Source of the DNA: Delftia acidovorans NBRC 14950
GTDB lineage: Bacteria; Pseudomonadota; Gammaproteobacteria; Burkholderiales; Burkholderiaceae_C
DNA: 32,000 nt
Direction: 5' to 3'
NCBI RefSeq assembly: GCF_001598795.1
Contig: NZ_BCZP01000008.1
Coordinates: forward strand, 150,001 to 182,000
The translations under genes were made by a program, and so were the position numbers. Under the pieces are notes generated by a model. It saw only the letters and a program-made list of their open reading frames with translations. It did no database searches and was not told the DNA's origin. Below are positions 1-7,342 of the stretch, one piece after another; positions within the stretch are counted from its first letter, which is position 1, and every line of letters begins with the position of its first letter.

Positions 1-200
1 GCTCGACCTTCTTCCTTCTCACGGGATTCCACGGCTTCCACGTCTTTGTGGGCATGCTGATGCTGTTCTTCATCACCATGCGCCTGCATGCGGGGCACTT
101 CACGTCCGAGCGGCATTTCGGCTTCGAGGGCGCGGCATGGTACTGGCACTTCGTGGACGTGGTCTGGCTGTTCCTCTACGTCCTCGTGTACTGGATGTGA
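1..200 (+). CDS. ctaE: Cytochrome c oxidase subunit III, C-terminal fragment (5' end lies outside the window)
   Basis: Frame 3 reads ...[59 protein letters not shown], with TGA at 198-200. The [16 protein letters not shown] block is the conserved COX3 C-terminus. The neighbouring genes (SURF1, SCO) fit a cox cluster. Confidence 0.85.
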   Translation, partial: STFFLLTGFHGFHVFVGMLMLFFITMRLHAGHFTSERHFGFEGAAWYWHFVDVVWLFLYVLVYWM

Positions 201-219
201 GGGCCTGCCCGCCCCATGC

Positions 220-247
220 AAAAAGAAGCGCCTGGGCGCTTCTTTTT
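220..247. terminator. Bidirectional rho-independent terminator between the convergent COX3 gene and the DUF2909-like gene
   Basis: AAAAAGAAGCGC-CTGG-GCGCTTCTTTTT forms a GC-rich stem with an A-run on one side and a T-run on the other. It sits between the stop codons at 198-200 (+) and 271-273 (-). Confidence 0.7.
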
Positions 248-270
248 GTTTGCGGGGGCAGGGGGCTTGT

Positions 271-513
271 CTATTGCCCGGCGGTCCAGCCGGTGGGATG
301 GATGTAGCCCAGCTTGGCCGCCAGCAGCACGCACAGGAACAGCGCGATGGACAGGCCCACGCGCAGCGCCAGTGCGCGGAACATGGCGCGGCTGCGGCGC
401 CTGTCGTCGCCCGGACCCTCCTGGTCTTCGGGATTGCGGCGCATCATGAAGAACAAGGCGCTGCCCAGACTGGCGACAATGGCCAGCAGGGCGAGAACGA
501 TCACGAATTTCAT
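271..513 (-). CDS. Twin-transmembrane-helix small protein (DUF2909-like), associated with cytochrome oxidase clusters
   Basis: The 80-aa ORF has two hydrophobic helices (MKFVIVLALLAIVASLGSALFF and ALRVGLSIALFLCVLLAA) separated by a charged loop, and ends in a ...GYIHPTGW tail. Small proteins of this type, on the opposite strand between coxC and SURF1, are typical of Burkholderiales cox loci (recalled from memory). Confidence 0.7.
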   Translation of the reverse strand: MKFVIVLALLAIVASLGSALFFMMRRNPEDQEGPGDDRRRSRAMFRALALRVGLSIALFLCVLLAAKLGYIHPTGWTAGQ

Positions 514-542
514 GGGTGGATTATCCGGTGCGTGTTTCCAGA

Positions 543-1316
543 ATGCCAGACCGCTGGCGGTTTGTACTGATCACCTTGGCCGCGCTGATCGGCGTGGCCA
601 TCACACTGTCCCTGGGCCGCTGGCAACTGCAGCGGGCGGCCTACAAGCAGCAATTGTTCGATGCCGTGCAGCGCCAGCAGGGCCTGCCGCCGTTGGACAA
701 CGCGCAGCTGGCGCCCATGCAACCCGGTGCTGCCCTGAACACCGAGGCGGCGCCCTGGCTGCACCGGCCCGTGCGACTGCAGGGCCACTGGATTGCCGGG
801 CAGTCGCTGTACCTGGACAACCGCCAGATGCAGGGCCAGCCGGGCTTCTTTGTGCTCACGCCGCTGCGGCTGGCCGCGCCGCATGAGGATGTGGTGATTG
901 CCGTGCAGCGCGGCTGGGTGCCGCGCAACTTCCTGGACCGCACGGCCTTGCCCGAGGTGCAGACGCCCGAAGGCCTGGTGACCGTTGAGGGGCGCATGGA
1001 GGCCGCGCCGTCCCGGCTCTACGAATTCGGTCGTGCAGGGGCAGACCCTGATGGGCAAAAGTCGCGCATCCGACAGAATGTGGACATTGCCGAATGGGCC
1101 GTGGCCTCCGGGCTGCCGCTGCGCGAATGGAGCCTGCTGCAGACTGGCGAAGCCAGCGAAGGCCTGCGGCGCGACTGGCCCGTTGTGACGGCCGGTGTCG
1201 AGAAACACCATGGCTATGCGTTCCAATGGTTTGGACTTGCGGCCCTGATCACGCTTTTGTATGTCTGGTTCCAAATCGTCCGACGCTTTGTCCGTCCGCG
1301 CCATGCCCGCTCCTGA
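543..1316 (+). CDS. SURF1 family cytochrome oxidase assembly protein
   Basis: The N-terminal TM segment is followed by LSLGRWQLQRAAYKQ, the SURF1 signature GxWQxxR. A second C-terminal TM segment (YAFQWFGLAALITLLYVWF) is present. The ORF track begins at a GTG at 516. I prefer the ATG at 543 (MPDRWRF...), but the start is uncertain. Confidence 0.85.
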   Translation: MPDRWRFVLITLAALIGVAITLSLGRWQLQRAAYKQQLFDAVQRQQGLPPLDNAQLAPMQPGAALNTEAAPWLHRPVRLQGHWIAGQSLYLDNRQMQGQPGFFVLTPLRLAAPHEDVVIAVQRGWVPRNFLDRTALPEVQTPEGLVTVEGRMEAAPSRLYEFGRAGADPDGQKSRIRQNVDIAEWAVASGLPLREWSLLQTGEASEGLRRDWPVVTAGVEKHHGYAFQWFGLAALITLLYVWFQIVRRFVRPRHARS

Positions 1317-1992
1317 GACTCCCCTGGAGATGACTGTCCATGGCCTGCCACCCTTGCAGCCGGCCCTTGCCGGCGCGCAACGCACGCGCAGCGGCCGCTG
1401 GAAGATGCTGGCCGTGTTCGCGGTCTGCGCCGCGCCCGTGGTGGCCTCCTATTTCACCTACTACGTGCTGCGGCCTGGCCAGCAGCGCAGCTTTGGCGAG
1501 CTGATCGCGGCCCAGCCGGCCCTGCCTTCGGCCACGGCCACCACGCTGGACGGCGCGCCGCTGCCGCTGCAGTCGCTCAAGGGCCAGTGGCTGCTTCTCA
1601 GCGTGGCGGGCGGTGCCTGCGGCAGCGCCTGCGAGAGCCATCTCTATCTGCAGCGCCAGCTGCGCGAAACCCTGGGCCGCGAAAAGGACCGGCTGGACCG
1701 GGTCTGGCTCATCTCCGACGACGCACCCGTGCCCGCGCACCTGCGCCCCGCGCTGGCCCAGGCCACGGTGCTGCGCGTGCCCGAGGCCGTGCTGCGCGGC
1801 TGGCTGCAGCCGACGCCCGGCCATGCGCTGCAGGACCACCTGTACGTGGTGGACCCGCAGGGCCACTGGATGATGCGCATGCCCGCGGGCCTTGGCATGG
1901 CCGATGCCGGCAAGGCCAAGCGCGACCTGGACCGGCTGCTGCGTGCATCGGCTTCCTGGGACACGGCAGGGCGCCCGGGCGACGGCGAGTAA
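1303..1992 (+). CDS. SCO-like thioredoxin-fold membrane-anchored protein (cytochrome-oxidase-associated, CxxxC motif)
   Basis: It has an N-terminal TM anchor (WKMLAVFAVCAAPVVASYF). The block LKGQWLLLSVAGGACGSACESHLYLQRQLRETLGREKDRLDRVWLISDD parallels the SCO block FAGKVVVVFFGYTQCPDVCPTTLQELVEVKQQLGADGDRLQGVFVTLDP of the next gene. The start is ambiguous (ATG at 1261, 1303 or 1330), and it overlaps the SURF1 3' end. Confidence 0.6.
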   Translation: MPAPETPLEMTVHGLPPLQPALAGAQRTRSGRWKMLAVFAVCAAPVVASYFTYYVLRPGQQRSFGELIAAQPALPSATATTLDGAPLPLQSLKGQWLLLSVAGGACGSACESHLYLQRQLRETLGREKDRLDRVWLISDDAPVPAHLRPALAQATVLRVPEAVLRGWLQPTPGHALQDHLYVVDPQGHWMMRMPAGLGMADAGKAKRDLDRLLRASASWDTAGRPGDGE

Positions 1993-2086
1993 GGCTGGCC
2001 AGTAGGTCCTGGCAGGCCCTGGTAGGCCGGCAGGCAGGCCCCGCAGCGCCGGGGTCTTGCGGTTATGGGTTATGGTTTGCGGCTGT

Positions 2087-2125
2087 GCGAAAGCGCCTTC
2101 AGCGGACGCTTTCGCCTTTTCCCTT
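2087..2125 (+). terminator. Possible intrinsic terminator after the SCO-like gene
   Basis: GCGAAAGCG (2087-2095) pairs perfectly with CGCTTTCGC (2107-2115) around an 11-nt loop. The stem is followed by CTTTTCCCTTTC. The T-tract is interrupted, so this call is tentative. Confidence 0.3.
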
Positions 2126-2192
2126 TCCAGCCCGGGCCGGCGCGCAGCCTTTGCGGCCACGCAGCCTGCGGCAACTACCTTGTTGAGGAAGC

Positions 2193-2807
2193 ATGAACAA
2201 ACGGACAGCGCTGCGCGTTCTGGGCTTGACCGCCATGGCATGGGGCGCCCTGGCGCTGAGCGGATGCTCGCGCGAGGCAAAGACCAGTTTCCAGGGTGTC
2301 GATGTCACGGGCGCCGAGTACGCCAAGGACATTCCCCTGCGCGATGTGGACGGCAAGCAGCGCAGCATCAAGGACTTCGCGGGCAAGGTCGTTGTGGTCT
2401 TCTTCGGCTACACGCAATGCCCCGATGTCTGCCCCACCACCCTGCAGGAGCTGGTCGAGGTAAAGCAGCAACTGGGCGCCGATGGCGACAGGCTGCAGGG
2501 CGTCTTCGTCACCCTGGACCCCGAGCGCGACACGCCCGAGGTGCTCAAGGCCTACCTGGGCAATTTCGACCCCGGCTTCGTCGGCCTGCACGGCACACCG
2601 GACGAGACGGCGGCCGTGGCCAAGGACTTCAAGCTCTTCTACAAGAAAGTGCCCGGCAAGACCGAAGGCACCTACACGCTGGACCATTCGGCCGGCAGCT
2701 ATGTCTATGACACGGCCGGCCGCCTGCGCGTGTATGAGCGATACGGCGGCGGCCCGCAGGTGCTGGGCGCCGACGTCAAGGCCCTGCTGCAGGAAAAGCG
2801 TTCCTGA
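2193..2807 (+). CDS. SCO family copper chaperone (SenC/PrrC-type), lipoprotein-like
   Basis: The signal/lipobox-like N-terminus is LALSGCS. The canonical SCO motif FFGYTQCPDVCPTT (CxxxC) and the downstream LDHS His are present. An RBS (GAGGAA) lies at 2185-2190. Confidence 0.9.
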   Translation: MNKRTALRVLGLTAMAWGALALSGCSREAKTSFQGVDVTGAEYAKDIPLRDVDGKQRSIKDFAGKVVVVFFGYTQCPDVCPTTLQELVEVKQQLGADGDRLQGVFVTLDPERDTPEVLKAYLGNFDPGFVGLHGTPDETAAVAKDFKLFYKKVPGKTEGTYTLDHSAGSYVYDTAGRLRVYERYGGGPQVLGADVKALLQEKRS

Positions 2808-2825
2808 TCCTGCGCGCGCCGCAGC

Positions 2826-2847
2826 CAATGTGACCCCCGTCACATTG
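2826..2847. promoter_or_regulatory. Perfect 9+9 bp palindrome containing a consensus CRP-type box, TGTGA-N6-TCACA
   Basis: The sequence is CAATGTGAC-CCCC-GTCACATTG, with TGTGA at 2829-2833 and TCACA at 2840-2844. It lies 19 nt after the SCO stop and about 120 nt upstream of the aer-like start. It could alternatively act as a hairpin terminator, but it lacks a proper T-tract. Confidence 0.5.
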
Positions 2848-2968
2848 ACTGCGTTTAGGTGCGCTGCAGCACACCATCCCTGATGTGCATCGCCTCAGGA
2901 CTGCTTAGAGTGGGCCCCGCCTGGGGGTGTCATGCCGACGCCCCGCCCATCTCCGAGAGACCTGATCC

Positions 2969-4546
2969 ATGCGGCGAAACGTGTACGTCACCCAGCGTGA
3001 GTACCCTCTGAGCGAAGGAGAGACGCTTCTTTCCGTCACCGACCTGAAGGGGCGCATCGTCTATGCCAACGATGCCTTCATCCGCGTCAGCGGCTTCGAG
3101 GCCGCCGAGCTCTACGGCAAGGCCCACAGCATCGTGCGCCATCCCGACATGCCGGCCGCCGCCTTTGCCGACATGTGGTCCACCATCCAGCGCGGGCTTC
3201 CCTGGAGCGCCCTGGTCAAGAACCGGCGCAAGAACGGCGACCACTACTGGGTGCGCGCCAACGCCAGTCCCATACGCCATGCGGGCGCCGTGGTCGGCTA
3301 CCTGTCCGTGCGCACCCGGCCCGAGCCGCGCGAGGTACAGCAGCATGCGGCGCTCTATGAACAGATCAATGCCGGCGTGCGCTCGCTTGGCCTGCACCGG
3401 GGCTTTCCCGTGGGGCGTGGCGCCGTGGGCGCACTGCAGCGGTGGTGGCGCTTTCGGCCACTGGCCTGGCGCGTGCAGGCCGTGGTGGCCGGCCTGTGGC
3501 TGCTGGGGTCGGCCGGGCTGTGGTCACCCGCGCTGCAGGCATCGGCCGTGCCGCTGGCGCAGGTCTGGCCGGCCTGGCTGATCTGGAGCCTGGCCTGCGT
3601 GGCGGCCGGGCAGTGGCTGCGCAGCCGGCTGCTCATGCCCCTGGCGGCGCTGCGCGGTCAGGCCCAGGCCGTGGCCAGCGGGCAGCAGACCGATGCACGG
3701 TTCCTGCAGCGCACGGACGAGATCGGTGCCATCGGCAGCGCCGTGCGGCAGACCGGGCTCAACCTGGTCTCCCTGGTCGGCGACATCCAGGGCAAGAGCG
3801 ACCAGGTGCGCCGCTGCGCGCTGGCCGTGCAGCAGGGCAGTACCGAACTGAGCGACCGCACCGAGGCCGCGGCCGCAAGCCTGGAGCAGTCGGCCCAGGC
3901 CATGCAGGCCCTGGCCAGCGCCATCGAGCGCAGCAGCGCCCAGGCCGGCGAGGCCGCCGCCCGCGCGCGGCACGGCGTGGACATGGCGGGGCGGAGCAGC
4001 CGCATGGTCGTGCAGCTGGACCAGGGCATGCGCGGCGTGGCCCAGACCAGCGACCAGGTGGGGCAGATCAGCTCGCTCATCGACGGCATCGCCTTCCAGA
4101 CCAACCTGCTGGCGCTCAACGCCGCCGTGGAGGCGGCACGCGCGGGGGAACACGGCAAGGGCTTTGCCGTGGTGGCCGACGAGGTGCGCGGCCTGTCCCA
4201 GCGCAGCGCCCACGCCGCGCGCCAGATCAAGGCGTTGATCGAGGCATCGCAGCAGCAGGTGGCGCAAAGCTGCGCCATGGCGCGTGAAGTGGGCGAGGCC
4301 ATGCTGGCCGTGCAGGCCGATATGCGCGAGCAACTGGTGCTGGCCGAAGGCATGCAGGCCGCCAGCCAAGCCCAGGCCGGCGGCGTGCAGCAGGTGCAGG
4401 CCGCCGTGCAGCAGCTCGAACAGATGACCCAGCACAATGCTGCCCTGGCGCGCAACACCATCGGGCACGCACAGCTGCTGGCCGGACAGGCGCAGGCGCT
4501 GGAGGCGGCGGCATCGGTCTTTCACGGCAACGGGGCGTCCGCATGA
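2969..4546 (+). CDS. aer: Aer-like PAS-domain methyl-accepting chemotaxis protein (aerotaxis/energy-taxis receptor type)
   Basis: The N-terminal PAS block [73 protein letters not shown] closely matches the Aer FAD-PAS motif as I recall it. A hydrophobic hairpin sits mid-protein. The MCP signalling core is [45 protein letters not shown]. Confidence 0.9.
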   Translation: MRRNVYVTQREYPLSEGETLLSVTDLKGRIVYANDAFIRVSGFEAAELYGKAHSIVRHPDMPAAAFADMWSTIQRGLPWSALVKNRRKNGDHYWVRANASPIRHAGAVVGYLSVRTRPEPREVQQHAALYEQINAGVRSLGLHRGFPVGRGAVGALQRWWRFRPLAWRVQAVVAGLWLLGSAGLWSPALQASAVPLAQVWPAWLIWSLACVAAGQWLRSRLLMPLAALRGQAQAVASGQQTDARFLQRTDEIGAIGSAVRQTGLNLVSLVGDIQGKSDQVRRCALAVQQGSTELSDRTEAAAASLEQSAQAMQALASAIERSSAQAGEAAARARHGVDMAGRSSRMVVQLDQGMRGVAQTSDQVGQISSLIDGIAFQTNLLALNAAVEAARAGEHGKGFAVVADEVRGLSQRSAHAARQIKALIEASQQQVAQSCAMAREVGEAMLAVQADMREQLVLAEGMQAASQAQAGGVQQVQAAVQQLEQMTQHNAALARNTIGHAQLLAGQAQALEAAASVFHGNGASA

Positions 4547-6315
4547 TGGCGGCGGGCTGGAGCATGGTTGCCTGTGATCCCGCCGCACCGGGCGAGGCGC
4601 TGGACGAAGACCTCAAGCGCGTGGCCATGGAGGCCGCGCCCGACGGTATCTTGCTTGTGGACCGCAGCGGCCGCATCCTGCTGGCCAATCCCGCCATGCA
4701 GGCCATGAGCGGCTATGGCGCCGCCGAATTGCTGGGCCACTCGCTGCAGATGCTGCTGCCGGCCGAGGCGCAGGCGGCCCACGGGCCGCAACTGCAGTCC
4801 TACTTCGCCCAGCCCGCGCGCCGGCCCATGGGCCAGGGGCGGGACCTGTGGCTGCTGCGCAAGGACGGCAAGCGCCTGTCGGTGGACATCGCCCTGGGCC
4901 ACTCGCCGCACGGCAGTGGCGTGGCCGTGGCCTTTGTGCGCGACCTGTCGCAGCTGCGCCAGATGGAAGCCTGCATGCACTACCACGCCACCCACGACAC
5001 GCTGACCGGCCTGCTCAACCGCTGGCAGTTCGGGCTGCAGGTGGAACAGGCGATCTCGCAAGCGCAGGCGCAGGCTGAATCGGGCGCCGGCCCCGCGTCC
5101 TTTGCGCTGCTGCTGCTCGACCTCGACAACTTCAAGGCCATCAACGACGGTTATGGCCACGACGTGGGCGACCAGGTCCTCAAGGAGGTGGCGCGCCGCC
5201 TGCAGGTCGCGCTGGGCGGCTCGGCCACGCTGGCGCGCATGGGCGGTGACGAGTTCACCGCCCTGCTGCAGCCCTGCAACGAGCCCGATCTGCGCCAGCG
5301 CATCGACGCGCTGCTGCACGAGCTGTGCCGGCCCTGCACCATAGGCCACTACGCGCTGAACTTCGGTGCCAGCGTGGGCGCAGCCTTCTATCCCCAGGAC
5401 GCGGGCGATGCGGCCACCCTCATGCGCTATGCCGACATGGCCATGTACGACGCCAAGCAGCGCAGCCGCTCCTCCTATGCGCGCTATGCCTGCGCCATGG
5501 GCGAGGCCATGGCCGAGAAAGTGCTGCTGCACGAACGCCTCAAGCGTGCCCTGGACCGGGGCCTGCTGAGCCTGCACTTCCAGCCCCAGGTGCAGGTGCT
5601 GGGCGGCCAGGTCCAGGGCGTGGAAGCCCTGCTGCGCTGGAACGACGAGCAGATGGGCTGGGTCTCGCCCGAACGCTTCGTGCCCGTGGCCGAATCCACG
5701 GGGCTGATCCTGGCGCTGGGGGAATGGGTGATCGATGCTGCCTGCCGCCAGGCCGGCGACTGGCTGCGCGCAGGCATGCCGCTGCGCGTGGCGGTCAACC
5801 TCTCGGCCCAGCAACTGCGCCAGGCCGACCTGCAGCAGCGCCTCATGGCCAGCCTGGCCCGGCATGGCGTGCCGCCGCACCTGCTGGAACTGGAAGTCAC
5901 CGAGTCCGCCGCCATGACCGACCCTCTGCAGGCGCGCGAGCTGCTGGGCAGCCTGCTGGCGGCCGGCGTCTGCGTGGTGCTGGACGATTTCGGCACCGGC
6001 TACTCCTCGCTGGCCCACCTGCGCGATCTGCCCGTCTCGCGCGTGAAGATAGACCGCACCTTCATCGGCCCCATGCTCGACAGCCCGGCCGACGCCAAGA
6101 TCGTCAAGGCCGTGATCGCGCTGGCCCGAACCCTGGGCCTGCAGGTGGTCGCCGAAGGTGTGGAAACGGCCGAGCAACTGCGCCTGCTGCGCATCCTGGA
6201 CTGCGACGCCTACCAGGGCTGGCTCTTCGCCCGCGCCATGCCGGCAGAGCAGATTCCTGCGCTGATCCACAGGCCCGTGGCGACGCTGCTGGCGCAGCAG
6301 GCGGGGGTGGCTTAG
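4543..6315 (+). CDS. PAS-GGDEF-EAL protein (c-di-GMP cyclase/phosphodiesterase)
   Basis: It has a PAS-like N-terminus ([27 protein letters not shown]), an intact GGDEF motif ([11 protein letters not shown]) and EAL-domain motifs ([24 protein letters not shown]). Its ATG at 4543 overlaps the aer-like TGA at 4544-4546 (ATGA). Confidence 0.9.
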   Translation: MMAAGWSMVACDPAAPGEALDEDLKRVAMEAAPDGILLVDRSGRILLANPAMQAMSGYGAAELLGHSLQMLLPAEAQAAHGPQLQSYFAQPARRPMGQGRDLWLLRKDGKRLSVDIALGHSPHGSGVAVAFVRDLSQLRQMEACMHYHATHDTLTGLLNRWQFGLQVEQAISQAQAQAESGAGPASFALLLLDLDNFKAINDGYGHDVGDQVLKEVARRLQVALGGSATLARMGGDEFTALLQPCNEPDLRQRIDALLHELCRPCTIGHYALNFGASVGAAFYPQDAGDAATLMRYADMAMYDAKQRSRSSYARYACAMGEAMAEKVLLHERLKRALDRGLLSLHFQPQVQVLGGQVQGVEALLRWNDEQMGWVSPERFVPVAESTGLILALGEWVIDAACRQAGDWLRAGMPLRVAVNLSAQQLRQADLQQRLMASLARHGVPPHLLELEVTESAAMTDPLQARELLGSLLAAGVCVVLDDFGTGYSSLAHLRDLPVSRVKIDRTFIGPMLDSPADAKIVKAVIALARTLGLQVVAEGVETAEQLRLLRILDCDAYQGWLFARAMPAEQIPALIHRPVATLLAQQAGVA

Positions 6316-6334
6316 GGTGTGAACAGAACCTGGT

Positions 6335-6730
6335 TCAGGCCTGCCTTTGGAGATGCCTGCGCGCAGCGCGCAACAGATGATTGACGGCGTGCAGCATGAG
6401 GTCATCCCTGTCGTCGCCGTTCACGCGCTGGAGGATTCCCACGGCACGGTCCAGGTCCGAAGACATTCTGGGCAGTACCACAGCCTCCATGTCTGGCAGG
6501 GGCTCGTTGTTCATGTGGCCATAGGCCGTGTCGTAGTAGCTGCGCAGCAAATCGCGCGCGCCATGCACGTCCGGGTACTGGCACTGCTGCGCGTGCACTT
6601 CCAGCACGGCCAGCGCCGCTTCCATATGGCATAGCGCATCGGACGCCAGGTCCTCGGCGTTGAACACAGGCTGCGGGGGCGGGCTTGCACACGCCTGGCG
6701 GGCAGGCGCCGATATGCCATCATCCGACAT
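6335..6730 (-). CDS. Hypothetical protein, 131 aa, no recognised family
   Basis: This is the longest ORF in the interval. Third codon positions are GC-rich. An SD-like AAGGA lies about 9 nt upstream of the ATG at 6730. It runs divergent to the XRE gene. I recognise no motif in it. Confidence 0.5.
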   Translation of the reverse strand: MSDDGISAPARQACASPPPQPVFNAEDLASDALCHMEAALAVLEVHAQQCQYPDVHGARDLLRSYYDTAYGHMNNEPLPDMEAVVLPRMSSDLDRAVGILQRVNGDDRDDLMLHAVNHLLRAARRHLQRQA

Positions 6731-6763
6731 GGTTTCGTTCCTTCTGAAAGGGCGCGAATCAGC

Positions 6764-6792
6764 AGATCCGTGTGTTTGAGCAATACGGATCT
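6764..6792. promoter_or_regulatory. 8-bp inverted repeat in the divergent promoter region (candidate operator)
   Basis: AGATCCGT (6764-6771) and ACGGATCT (6785-6792) are separated by 13 nt. They lie in an AT-enriched spacer (6731-6880) that is about 47% GC by my hand count. Confidence 0.3.
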
Positions 6793-6844
6793 TGCAAGCG
6801 GGCTCGCACAGTGACTGCTGTCGAGTGTGAATGCATAGTACATC

Positions 6845-6860
6845 AAAAGACTAGTCTTTG
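6845..6860. repeat. Copy 1 of the palindrome AAAAGACTAGTCTTT(G), 21 nt upstream of the XRE start codon
   Basis: The core AAAGACTAGTCTTT (6846-6859) is a perfect 14-bp palindrome. It is embedded in ATCAAAAGACTAGTCTTTGAT. The same 15 nt recur at 7327-7341. Confidence 0.9.
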
Positions 6861-6880
6861 ATAGCCTTTTTCAATCCTTC

Positions 6881-7336
6881 ATGGGAAATCCCGATTTCGC
6901 GAACCGTCTGGCAGACGCTCGAAGCCGTCTGCACCTGACCCAGGTCGAACTGGCCGTGGCCAGCGATATTGCCGCCACACAGATCAGCCGTTACGAGACC
7001 AGGAGGGCCAAGCCGCGCCCGGACGTTGCCAAGCGCCTGGCTGCCGCGCTCGCTGTGGATCTGGAGTGGTTGCTCAGCGGAACAGAGTCGCCGGAGAATG
7101 AAAAAGCGCCCAGTGGGGGCGAGCCTGCGTCAAATCTGGTCTTGCGAGCCACCGCGGATACGGCAAGGCGATGGGGGGAAATCCTTGCCAGAACCGGACT
7201 GGCGCCAGAGCAGCTGTTTCGCCGGATGGTGCTTGAGTTCGAGGCGCAGACAGAGACCAGGTACGGAGAACTTCTTCACCGTATCGAGCGGTTGGAGCAG
7301 GCGTTGGGAGGCCATAAGAACGTTGGAAAAGACTAG
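6881..7336 (+). CDS. XRE-family helix-turn-helix transcriptional regulator
   Basis: The N-terminal HTH_XRE pattern is LADARSRLHLTQVELAVASDIAATQISRYETRRAKPRPDVAKRLAAAL. The 151-aa protein has a C-terminal half of unknown function. Confidence 0.8.
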   Translation: MGNPDFANRLADARSRLHLTQVELAVASDIAATQISRYETRRAKPRPDVAKRLAAALAVDLEWLLSGTESPENEKAPSGGEPASNLVLRATADTARRWGEILARTGLAPEQLFRRMVLEFEAQTETRYGELLHRIERLEQALGGHKNVGKD

Positions 7337-7342
7337 TCTTTT
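7327..7342. repeat. Copy 2 of the palindrome, AAAAGACTAGTCTTTT (perfect 16 bp), containing both convergent stop codons
   Basis: The central CTAG (7333-7336) supplies TAG for the XRE gene (7334-7336, +) and TAG for the Crp/Fnr gene (7333-7335, -). Both proteins therefore end in K-D-stop. Confidence 0.9.

Noticed and set aside
516-542. The GTG at 516 as the SURF1 start, along with the similarly extended track starts at 17901, 20078, 16099 and 31242.
   Set aside because: The extended N-termini add Arg/Pro-rich or non-homologous residues and overlap neighbouring genes. Internal ATGs give family-typical N-termini and RBS spacing. These starts remain unverified.
2061-2077. The GGTTATG GGTTATG GTT tandem duplication.
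   Set aside because: It has only about 2.4 copies of a 7-mer in an intergenic region. It is noted as context for the cox-cluster gap but is too small to call a functional repeat.
2905-2940. A possible FliA (sigma-28) promoter, TTAGAG ... GCCGA, upstream of the aer-like gene.
   Set aside because: The spacer is about 24 nt instead of about 15, and the -35-like element is a poor match.
4522-6405. A 627-aa ORF antisense to the PAS-GGDEF-EAL gene.
   Set aside because: It is a typical high-GC shadow ORF. Its translation is Arg/Ala/Gly/His-rich low complexity with no motifs, whereas the sense strand carries clear GGDEF and EAL signatures.
6335-7342. The lower-GC islet as a mobile element or prophage remnant.
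   Set aside because: There is no transposase, integrase, tRNA target or terminal inverted repeats beyond the 15-nt palindrome. It is kept only as a cassette hypothesis in the findings.
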